Below, piece after piece: positions 29,901 to 35,947 of a stretch of DNA of 64,000 bases. Positions within the stretch are counted from its first letter, which is position 1. The number at the start of each line of letters is the position of its first letter. The position numbers and the translations under genes are program-made. Source of the DNA: an uncultured virus (IMG/VR IMGVR_UViG_3300009182_000047) (Duplodnaviria > Heunggongvirae > Uroviricota > Caudoviricetes); IMG/VR virus record IMGVR_UViG_3300009182_000047, positions 1-64,000 of that record; one strand, 5' to 3'. The notes under the pieces are model-generated. The model ran no database searches and was not told where the DNA came from. It was given only the letters and a program-made list of their open reading frames with translations.

Positions 29901-31910
29901 TTCTTTCTTGCCAAGAAATATTTGTGCAAACGAAATAGGATTTGCATTAACTATTAATCGAGTCCCGTTCTTAGTATAGTTAACTAAATCTCTTAAATTT
30001 GAACCAGTATATGCAGGAATCTTACTTACCATTGATGACAAATGATCACCTAGTTCACTAAGTGTCATACTAGAAAATGTGCCATTCAATGGGTTATTAG
30101 TTAAACCAATAGGCGTTTCATAATAACCATTTAGATTAGGTTGTTGTGTTGTAAAAACTTTTATTACTATGACATCATTAATATATAATGTATCAGTAGT
30201 AATTGTAATTTCAGCCGAAGTTGCACTAATAATAGATGACAGTTTTTTACCGTTTTTATAAACTTCCACGGTCAGATCAGTAGTAACAATGGGTTTATCT
30301 AAACAAGTTAAAGTCAGTGTATTTGTTTGTTCAGCAATTGTCTGAATCTCAATAATAGGAATCTGATAGTCAGATGCCTCTACCCATACATTAATTAATT
30401 CATTATCTAATTTTAAATAGGTAACTGCTGCGGATATAGTAGTGCTTGCATTATTAGAAATAACAGAGATAGTGTCTGTCATAAAATAATTTTTAAATAG
30501 ATAACTTCCTAATCCAATGCTATTTTGGTATTTTAAAGAAAATTTCAAAACTTTATCATATACAGTACCCAATTCATAACCAAATAATTTAGTACCCGTA
30601 AAGTTATTAATTTCTAAAGATTTAGTAAAACTTGTTCCGTCAGCCGTGAATAAATCAAATAACGGAGGCTGATTTACTTTGTCGTGTTGTTGTGCGTATA
30701 TCCATTTAATATTAGTAGCATCAAAGTACCAGCTTGTCCCATAAAATTCGTTTCCAGAATTGATACTAATTGAATTATGATCAGAAGGAATCGCATCTGC
30801 TGCAGGAATAAGACGTAATAATGGGATTTCTCCTGCGGAGTTTATATCTATCTCAAAAATTCTACCCCTTACAGCATCATTTAGATCGGCATTAAAAATT
30901 ACCCTATTTCCTTTTTGCAACAATGTACCGTCAACATAGAATCCAGGACTGCCGTCAACTTCAACAAATGCATCTCTAACAGAATTATCAATAACATCTA
31001 TATTTTGATTACCAACTTTTCCAAAATTATATAATTGTAAATTTGGTCTAAATTCAACAATAGGACGTTTTGCTCGAGCCCCCAATGGATATAATGCAGG
31101 AACATTATTAATATTAGCAGTAGCTTCGATAATATCTCTATGGAACCATCGATTGTATCGAGACCATGGATTTAGATCTTTACTAGCTCGATTAATAGTA
31201 ATATAATCGGGTTCAACGGGCAATCGCTTGTCTCCACCTGCATCAAATGGATAATTATCAAAATTAATACTATCAAATGTTTCGTCAAAACCTGTTGCTA
31301 TTCTTGCCGACGAAGTTAATAATGAAAAATCAATTAGTTTAATAGATTGTCCGACTCCCTCTACAATATATTCTACATTTGATATAGAAATTTTCATACC
31401 GTTGCTTAAAGGATAACCGTTGCTCATAATATAAGACGGAGATCCAATAATATCATTTATATTGTCAGACTTTAAAAAAATAACGGTAGGGCCGACAGGA
31501 AGCCAATAATAGCTAGTATAGTTGACTAGTTTATCCCAGTCAATTAACGGATCATAAGAATAAAATTTAGATTTTAATAAGGTGTCGAGATTATTTGTTT
31601 TGCTACCTTGTATTCCCAATTCATTAATTAAATCATTATATGCAACAGCATCAGTAATATTTCCTAATTGATCTTTAAAAACTATTGCTGGCTCTAAACT
31701 ATAATTTTTTCTCAAAGGGGATGAATCTTCGAGATAAGAATCCACCGCTGGACGATAATTGGGGGTAATTTTTGAACCAATATATCCATCAACCCGCTCA
31801 ACTTGAGGCGTTTGAATAAGTTGATCGATAGTGCTAGATAAAAACTTAGAGTTTTTATCTGTCCTTATATACTCTGGTAATAAATTAACTGATTTCTTAA
31901 TATCCGCCAT
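17937..31910 (-). CDS. Giant (4657 aa) baseplate/virion structural protein
   Basis: Uninterrupted 14-kb ORF directly downstream of the gp6-like gene. N-terminal LLPE..R...FL, NPGxGY repeats, FG-GAP-like repeats, YVKEVKPYH-type motif. Confidence 0.8.
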   Translation of the reverse strand: MADIKKSVNLLPEYIRTDKNSKFLSSTIDQLIQTPQVERVDGYIGSKITPNYRPAVDSYLEDSSPLRKNYSLEPAIVFKDQLGNITDAVAYNDLINELGIQGSKTNNLDTLLKSKFYSYDPLIDWDKLVNYTSYYWLPVGPTVIFLKSDNINDIIGSPSYIMSNGYPLSNGMKISISNVEYIVEGVGQSIKLIDFSLLTSSARIATGFDETFDSINFDNYPFDAGGDKRLPVEPDYITINRASKDLNPWSRYNRWFHRDIIEATANINNVPALYPLGARAKRPIVEFRPNLQLYNFGKVGNQNIDVIDNSVRDAFVEVDGSPGFYVDGTLLQKGNRVIFNADLNDAVRGRIFEIDINSAGEIPLLRLIPAADAIPSDHNSISINSGNEFYGTSWYFDATNIKWIYAQQHDKVNQPPLFDLFTADGTSFTKSLEINNFTGTKLFGYELGTVYDKVLKFSLKYQNSIGLGSYLFKNYFMTDTISVISNNASTTISAAVTYLKLDNELINVWVEASDYQIPIIEIQTIAEQTNTLTLTCLDKPIVTTDLTVEVYKNGKKLSSIISATSAEITITTDTLYINDVIVIKVFTTQQPNLNGYYETPIGLTNNPLNGTFSSMTLSELGDHLSSMVSKIPAYTGSNLRDLVNYTKNGTRLIVNANPISFAQIFLGKKEHNLVDAIRQAGDHYSQFKMNFLRSLIAIDNQASPIDAVDSILTNLNRAKDIKSMYQRSDMLGYGQNKTVRTFTVRDINNVEYPIGFEFDLTRLSFKAVNVYLNNVQQSYGVDYTFSYINGSVIFLTDLLVNDVISINCYPNTLGSYVPPTPSKLGLYPATVPEIYTDTSYVVPTLCIKGHDGSIIKAYGDYRDAIILEFEQRIFNNIKVQYNSKLFDIIAIQPGAFRNTKYSVEDLNSILISDFSRWAGINNVDVKTNSTFDSGNSKTWNFKGSIDKWFNSEVTGTSKNLFRYFYDTQRPDIRPWEMLGLTTKPIWWENIYGPAPYTSANTVMWSDIELGYNASTGTFDTNYVRQGLSNIIPVDALGNLKSPELFLVSASNYQDKLASWKFGDMGPAENAWRNSSAWPFALISTAALLDPTNFCSTLYDTSRTTINPLGQVTYTTTGLYLDPRKLVIEGDADSMIAGYGSYVIEKGNQKDQNYINVLKQDLTYLESNLFHKLGGFASKEKLQITIDSIDPASTSPGVVLPPEDYSLILNVSNPIKTARISGIIVQRSNGNFVIKGYDVANPYFKIFNPISNAATGAVKVGGVSEEFSDWSNVVNNGNSGLSSVDLTSASGPTTRYYKQGQLIRYGNKFYRVKVGHVAESTFDPTLYVPLPGLPIVGGAEAKLASSFEKTITQIPYGTELSTVQEVYNIIVGYGAYLEAEGFIFDEFSTDLNEMLNWKFTGKEFLYWTTQNWAENNLITLSPFANYIKYSFPNSVADDINSSKYEYSLLKADGKPYPINSFTMSREDTVCIIKTTDPNEGLFFATINSVQKEHAMVFKNYTMFNDIIYDVETGYKQQRIKLSGFRTKNWNGDLFSPGFVFDNVKIIDWSASGTYLPGTVVRYNGRYYEALAKVSASPTFNFTEWDQLASKPIPQLLPNFDYKINQFEDFYSLDIDNFDFGQQRLAQHLTGYTPRTYLDNIFTNSISQYKFYQGFIKDKGTKNALDKLSKAAQNTNKGNITFKEEWAFRVGQYGSYNSFNEIEFPLTEGTALENPYIVKFTDSIPTVTAPLVNYVTSASLLLTPNNYVPSNTFDSYKGTWEDNNLKLTTAGYVRLDDITSTAYNKNSLLDIANNHILKEGDTIWLGFLENGDWTVYRYVKQLAEITGVYVSAPGSEITFVTDSYHNLTAGDIVSIVRFNQQVNGVYVVTSISELNQFTVSSTLTTIENAELLNYGSLFTFSSARYNNLDELSTITDLLKLNSGDKVWIDTGIDGKWQVYEKIKNYSPTVNAASTASLGQQFGSSIYANDNSDVMLVSAPGWRLENAFNWGRIKVYNKINNVWSRQYDYILNSSSKQYCSSTSSTQFGYSLQYDINKKLYIAGAPDATFVRSTTIGTGTVILSTGSGEIKSFVKEGLVKINSRDEEFGVINVDLVLVNPYGTTADTAANSRFGHSIYINQVSTGSTTMLVSAPGTASFNGPGSVYAYKITAITNTITNVTTATVKGFTLTNTVPLVVSTSSISLSAGNQWGYKVAGTLNGTTIAISAPGYFTSTGVVQLFDINLTHTQTINSPFGVNSKFGYDIAFSESKKYLLISAPETKSTNDPYGKVVIYTLTNGMYVLNQIISNPLPTNDLKFGHSISISKDELTIAISALGKNRSKKQVYDASINVGQTTFDGDSTKFFESVEDAGTVYVYNKIGNYFIQADELNDTVILKGSRYGNSVVATNHEVIIGAPTSQQYSASPLISDESKLYIFNKIDITSGSWKILREQEDTVDVSSINRVALIDTLKEEIVNYLDVVDPVKGKIAGIAEQELKYKAAFDPATYSIGLASTIVNNETNWLDEHIGDLWWDLSTAKYMWYEQGNEIFRKNNWGRMFPGATIDVYEWVKSDMLPSEWAAVADTNNGLTKGISGQPKYPDNSIISVKQVFNNVTGSFENVYYFWVKNKLTLPNNNRRLSSYQVASYIADPTANGLKFIEIISPNAVAFANVQSMLVGNRINASISTDANSIIPKHTEWLLLNEGDHTNVPNTLLEKKLFDSLLGHDSLGNVVPSTNLTYRNRYGIGIRPQQTFFKDRLAALRNLISFINSVFVKNRIVGNYSFENLNKKEELPALYSYEYDQIVEDLDALNEIYTVRYVQAELECYAENGKVKNVIITNPGFGYSIAPKINIISSSLTPAEITTTIDTQGRVISVTIINPGSGYTDINVQTTVRPHTVIVQTNSDINGKWSKHTFDYVFRTWIKTQTQKYDTTKFWTAVDWVSSEFDSYKSLTYTISNLSELGSLTSITDGEYVKVKNIGDGRYAILKKVNGLGNYIPLYDIIYRELGTIQLLDTLWDYTKGKYLYDAASIEETPYNQIPDQELYYILLALKNNIFINDLKVNWNLFFFAAVKFALTEQKLLDWAFKTSFINVSNNIGSLDQPSVYKLNNESYFEEYIKEVKPYHTKIRSYTSIYSHVDGQTSEGFNLNITDFDLPAYVNTLTNSLTTVNVGDPILMNYPWKNWNDNYKLFVGSIEVGYTGSGYSERPTVVITTAPGDSGSGAEAEAYIRNGKVYKVIVTNPGSGYTATPLATIVGGGSVIDVARVSVIMDNINTRKNLIGIKFDRTSSSGDLIDLTVTDEFLCDGTTNKFTLTWLASPDKKTITPLVDGKLVYSADYTIEYYQIKVEKDGINIPAAFPRNSWEGERMIDHRYKYFNTITPNNLPDNIRHYAKFVFLNQIPNFEQVFKITYNKNIDLYNAVDRINKMYNPTDLMPGKELPLLMDGIEYSGTQIQGLKFEQTPNWDSTGTGFDSAPWGDTLSSYTKTQLLQDLYFPTQAFSVASIDGIFPGQSIGFAGTSTYNQIFKPGTVVTGVNRPLPERKDGIVYISTLDRVDTQIFYAWSTGTAKGSTITIETKDPFRTAISKGDRVKIYGVNSLAGYGIETIYFVRGSRPVVNTYTDIPSVSVIIAPPDFPGGIQATAVPLFDGNTATIIQVTNPGMGYSIPPNMYLSGPLKSYGSIAGSLDPGYNQFAYVEAATTNQIQFKSQFTLSSTATVLPLMPLSGRFPYFDLLSENVSYVNSKNKLIDHTVTTFDSSTHLVVNILATVEQTARASVYLNSTEVLSTSTDTVWYSVTNSVDGYNRSIVSVQNATGAILSGTVDVKLYDFTEIEFYSYNTEYSNLDSLISGSYIQDNFNGYKAEDIRIDGNNFLNEIDSHAPEECVPGYVRDSLGINVYTVGTPSSPLVQSGVFTAITNVPTRAKLTYVPATPAGFLVYANGITYTRVDNEGAFSSSTQYAIFGNEIIVPAQLAITKIGYTFITVGSDVKMDSSFIAVDISTIEGTGTAMVSSLLMIDDVKSVYVLANGHPVPLLLPGYNYGYTLEPVSLVNNRASVKIYGLNSGSYTFEAWFFDAVYPVFNRVYEQFNTVSSSSSSITSMILAMPPTIIEPLSEEIIVEKITSTGRYRMLPPWATYYKIRSGITTFAIDPKNSRPSTYSLDNVKVYLNGKELRPGYDFAVNVINETITILVPTIRTGDAIAITPMVDYEYTVAGDTLYFSSPISDATIKVTTFTNHDNMLIRTERFKGNYSRKFTLTLPAINESYTWVTVNNKPLIGGYDYMLLDDYKTIELSEFIDVGLTDDIVIVTVNPPTFDDKILGFRLFNDMFNRQDFHRISKYFSTALTEPLTYDSDRVFVEDGDHLLEPNPGLNLPGVVYIDGERIEYLEKDGNVLSQLRRSTLGTGPALFSDIGTKVIDQSVRQSIPTVYRNLVQHIPTSTATTYIISTIGNTATFSVNTTTSVGAGIILSNLANAVDQVEVYYGGRRLRKTSLEVHDKSISYYNSPESTIVYPPEFSINMPKTVLVTEMVNGGHIQYGSGWVFHETTETMKIQPGWIMQDASGHRYIVVYSGHNDLFNGWGVGFADAITIAWPLTFIEPTKITLNIAEEIKAGTRITIVQRQGEFWEDTASTSLLSSTGTQATFLRFRTADLPNIYFYGGDNMLTEESNALTDENGEPLQGY

Positions 31911-31911
31911 G

Positions 31912-34900
31912 TTAGGTTCCGCTAGTAGTTACGATTGTTGATGTTGCTTTTAATTGAGATGCTGTGATAGCATCAATGATTTCTATATCTGCAATTTCGG
32001 CACCACTAATAAAAATTTCGTTAGATTGAGCAGCTACTTCATATAGACTGCCAAAACTACCAATGCTTTTAGGAGTGATAACAAAATTAGTTATGTCCGG
32101 AGATAATTGATTCATTACATAAGTTGATAATTCGCTAAAGTAGAAAGATTGGCCAAATTCCCAATTTTCTAATGCAAAGAATTCATTAATAGCTGATAAA
32201 ATTCTAGTCTTTAAGTCATTGCTAGTAGTAGGCCTATCAGAATTTCTTACAGCCTTGAATTTTGCCTGCAGACTCGATGATGCTTGTCTGCCAAATAATA
32301 CTTTGTATTTTACTGAATGAAAAATAATCTCATCACTAATGGCTTTAATTGGTTCTAAGTAATTAGAATAATTTTGTTCTAAACTATAGCTTGTAGGCGC
32401 AAGAGGTTCTGTAGGAAGATTTCCTGCTAACCAACTTCTAATCTCAGTGTCATATCCTGTAGTCAAAACATATATATCTATAATGTTTGACTTACTGGGA
32501 TCAATTCGCCTTTCATAACCGCTATTATGAACATATTGAAATTTTAAATTAGAGCGGCCAGGTCTTGCAAAATACTGATCAGTATATATCAATGTTGCAG
32601 TAGTCTTGGACCAGTACTTAACTATATTAAGTGACGGATTGTAAAAATAAAATAAATCACCATCATTTACATCTGCAGTATTATATGTAGAGAAAAAATT
32701 GTTTTCAGTATCAAGAGGTACAATACCAGTCGTTAAATCGTAACGTAGTCCATCGCTTCTACGTTTAAAATATACAAAGTTTTTTTTAAATCCTGTAGCA
32801 GGATCAATAAAATTAGGATTAACAATGGTATTAAAAGAATCAGGATCTTCTATTTGTCCTGTATTATTATAATCGTAAAAACTAACTTTAATTTTCTTAG
32901 GGTTAACATACCCATCAGCTTCGATTACAGGGTTGTCTATTTGCCACGAATAGTCAGATACTAGTTTACTTGAATAGTTATTTCCTGCTAACCAGTTATT
33001 TGATACTTTTCTAAAAACAATTTTTGTGTTTGTATTAATATAATAATCACCATTGCTACCAATGATAGAAGTTGGATTTGTTGTATCTGAAAACCAAGAT
33101 TTAGTCGATTCAGGTTCGGTGTTAATAGATAATACACTGATTTTATCTTTAATAACTTTGTTAGTAACAAAATCATAATTTACAGATGTGTTGTCAACAT
33201 AAAAAGCTGTTTCAGCATTACTTTCAAATATAAAATTTAAATTCCTGTATCTTACTTTGTAATTTTTTCCTGTCCATACAAATGCAATAATCCAACTGGC
33301 GTCTGTGCCAGCATCGTCTACATTGCCCTGATTGATTAAATTAAAGGAACTAATTAAATCTAAGTTAGAATTTAAAATTATTTCCCACGATCTTGATTGC
33401 GCAGATATTGTTAAACCAAAATTTCTTTGACTCATACAAAGATTTGCAATTTCATTTTCTATAGAATAATTTAATACATGGGCATATGTGGGAATGACTT
33501 CTACAGGAATTGCTCCCTGGGGAACACGACTTGCAAAAATAACAGGACCAGTTCCGTCATCGAGTGCTCCTGCACCGCTATTACTACCATCACCTATAAC
33601 TTGATACACCATAGACCAAATATAGTCTCGACCACCTGTTGGAATAATACCAGACGACGGAATTGTTATAAGCGCATTGTCTGCATCAAAATATTTTCCG
33701 GTAGTGGGATTAAATTTAACCAATGCTCCAGGGGTTAAGTATCTTAAATTTTGTTCTGAATAGGCTCCCACTGCCAATGCACCGTATGCATTAGTAAAAT
33801 AACCTCTACTCTGTCCAGGAGTTTTATTAACTTCATTCCAAGTTAACAATAAAGAAGAAAGTTCAGGATTTGTAAAATTTGCTATATAAAAAGATTTTAT
33901 GCTGTTAGATAAGACTACCGGAGCAAGTTGATTTTTAATAACTGCTAATACTTGATTTCTACTAGTAAATTCAAATTCAAAATATTCTTCTGATGATTCT
34001 TGATATAAGATACCGTCTGTTGCAAAAATATTAGTGCTACTATATCCGCCTGTTACATCAGAAAGATCAAAATATTTGCTCAGGCCGCTGCTAACTCTAT
34101 TAACACTTTTAATTTTTAAAATGTCTGTGCCAGCTTTTAATGGAGCAATATTATAATCTTCCCCCGTAATCATTCTATTTTGTAGATAGTAAGATTGAGG
34201 AGCATTAGTTTGAATACTGGCGTTTGTTTCAGGTCCTGAACTATTACCAACAGTATATTGCAAGCTAAGTGTCATACTCAATGTATGAGGTTGATTTGCT
34301 GCATTTACATACGGTACTTGGATAAGAATACCGCTCATCTGTTCTGGCTTAATTACATATGTCTTTCCGTTACTCTGGCGATAAAATAATCGAAAATTAC
34401 CTTTAGGTAGGTCGCCAAATACACCGTCGGCAAAGTTTAAATCTATTTGATCATTTTCTCTAGGAGTGACTGCATAGATGGTTCTTAGATCATTACTAAG
34501 ACTGTTATAAATGACATTGTTAGTTCCGGATATTGTAGGAATATTGGTCCATAATGTAGAAAAGTTTCCATTCTTATCTAGTTGCCATAACCATACATCA
34601 GTATCATTGATGTCCGGGGTATTGATTCCTACAATTTCATTTGGTACAGGATGATCTAAACTAAACTGGGCCATACTAATAGAGCCCTGTTTGAACATTG
34701 TAAAGAATCCTGTATCTGCACTGCCAGATCCCTGATTATCATTTTTGTAAATTATGCTAAATTTACCTGCAGGCTTAGGTGCAGATTCATAAACGTATGT
34801 TTTGCCTGCAAAGGTACACGAAGGTACTTCAAAACTCATGTTGATACCGTTAACAGCTTTATTATAACTGAATAACGGTACATCAATCGTCGAGCTGTTA

Positions 34901-35457
34901 AGGTCATATTGTTCAGTTAATATGCCATCAATAGTAGTCCTGTCAGAAGGGACACCGAAATTAGAACTCATAGCAGAGTTCATAATGTTAATAAATTGCT
35001 GATACCAGTTTGAGTTAGTAGGATCGTTCCACCCTATTGTGGTATTAGCTAAGTTAGTACCGTTAGAATCAATCACACTATCAGTGGTAGAAACAGCAGT
35101 TACTTTTAAGAACCCATGTGCAGGGGTATTCCTTTTAGGGTGATAACTGATCAATTGTGCTAGACGTAGAATACTATCGCGGCGCTGGGCAGTTTCTAAG
35201 AAGTTTTCTCGGGCGTTTAGATCAATACGGAAACTTAGGTTCTGTCCCAAATATGCAATTAGATCAATAAGGGCAACATATTCGCTGCTGTCAATAAAGT
35301 CGTTGAAATCTTCAGGATAATTTTCCTGAAGATATTGAATCATTGTTCTTCTTAATGTCTCAAAATCATAGCTTTTGAAGTCAGCATTGCGGAAAGATTG
35401 ATAAATCTTTTTCCAATCTTCGCCGACTAGTAATTGGGTGTTAGTTGAAGGAATCAT
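31912..35457 (-). CDS. Baseplate wedge protein, gp6-like
   Basis: YDFETLR..., LIDLIAY, ENFLETA..R.SILRLA..ISY.P, FADGVFG..P, QNRMITGEDY. Confidence 0.8.
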   Translation of the reverse strand: MIPSTNTQLLVGEDWKKIYQSFRNADFKSYDFETLRRTMIQYLQENYPEDFNDFIDSSEYVALIDLIAYLGQNLSFRIDLNARENFLETAQRRDSILRLAQLISYHPKRNTPAHGFLKVTAVSTTDSVIDSNGTNLANTTIGWNDPTNSNWYQQFINIMNSAMSSNFGVPSDRTTIDGILTEQYDLNSSTIDVPLFSYNKAVNGINMSFEVPSCTFAGKTYVYESAPKPAGKFSIIYKNDNQGSGSADTGFFTMFKQGSISMAQFSLDHPVPNEIVGINTPDINDTDVWLWQLDKNGNFSTLWTNIPTISGTNNVIYNSLSNDLRTIYAVTPRENDQIDLNFADGVFGDLPKGNFRLFYRQSNGKTYVIKPEQMSGILIQVPYVNAANQPHTLSMTLSLQYTVGNSSGPETNASIQTNAPQSYYLQNRMITGEDYNIAPLKAGTDILKIKSVNRVSSGLSKYFDLSDVTGGYSSTNIFATDGILYQESSEEYFEFEFTSRNQVLAVIKNQLAPVVLSNSIKSFYIANFTNPELSSLLLTWNEVNKTPGQSRGYFTNAYGALAVGAYSEQNLRYLTPGALVKFNPTTGKYFDADNALITIPSSGIIPTGGRDYIWSMVYQVIGDGSNSGAGALDDGTGPVIFASRVPQGAIPVEVIPTYAHVLNYSIENEIANLCMSQRNFGLTISAQSRSWEIILNSNLDLISSFNLINQGNVDDAGTDASWIIAFVWTGKNYKVRYRNLNFIFESNAETAFYVDNTSVNYDFVTNKVIKDKISVLSINTEPESTKSWFSDTTNPTSIIGSNGDYYINTNTKIVFRKVSNNWLAGNNYSSKLVSDYSWQIDNPVIEADGYVNPKKIKVSFYDYNNTGQIEDPDSFNTIVNPNFIDPATGFKKNFVYFKRRSDGLRYDLTTGIVPLDTENNFFSTYNTADVNDGDLFYFYNPSLNIVKYWSKTTATLIYTDQYFARPGRSNLKFQYVHNSGYERRIDPSKSNIIDIYVLTTGYDTEIRSWLAGNLPTEPLAPTSYSLEQNYSNYLEPIKAISDEIIFHSVKYKVLFGRQASSSLQAKFKAVRNSDRPTTSNDLKTRILSAINEFFALENWEFGQSFYFSELSTYVMNQLSPDITNFVITPKSIGSFGSLYEVAAQSNEIFISGAEIADIEIIDAITASQLKATSTIVTTSGT

Positions 35458-35502
35458 AATTCTGCTCTATACCATATTTATTAAAAAAATTAACCGCATA
35501 TA

Positions 35503-35940
35503 TTATTGTAGTACTAGGCCAATTTTCTGGTCAAAGGCCATTCGTAATGTTGAGGATTGGTCTGTATTTTTCATCGACAATGCAACTTCAATAAGGTATC
35601 CTTGTGGATATTCTGTAATTTGAATTTGTGTGGGATATACTCTAGGATCTAGATTACATATATCTTCAACATCCTTAGTTAATGCCATCTTAATCTGAGG
35701 AGTAAGAGGTTCCATTAATACATCCCAAACAATACTACCAAAGCTAGGGTTCATTACACGCTGACCTTTACGTGTATTAAAATGGTTAAGGATGTTTTGT
35801 TTAATTAAGTCAAAGTCATATAACTTAGAGGATCTATTGTCAGGATCGACGGTACTGAACCCTTTGTAATAATGAGTTAATACGTCAGTATGCTGGCTGC
35901 TGTAGTTCTGAACATTAATTTCTAAATTCTTGTATGGCAT
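35503..35940 (-). CDS. Baseplate wedge subunit, gp25-like
   Basis: LIKQNILNHFNTRKGQRVMNPSFGS...LMEP...DPRV. Confidence 0.85.
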   Translation of the reverse strand: MPYKNLEINVQNYSSQHTDVLTHYYKGFSTVDPDNRSSKLYDFDLIKQNILNHFNTRKGQRVMNPSFGSIVWDVLMEPLTPQIKMALTKDVEDICNLDPRVYPTQIQITEYPQGYLIEVALSMKNTDQSSTLRMAFDQKIGLVLQ

Positions 35941-35947
35941 GGTATAT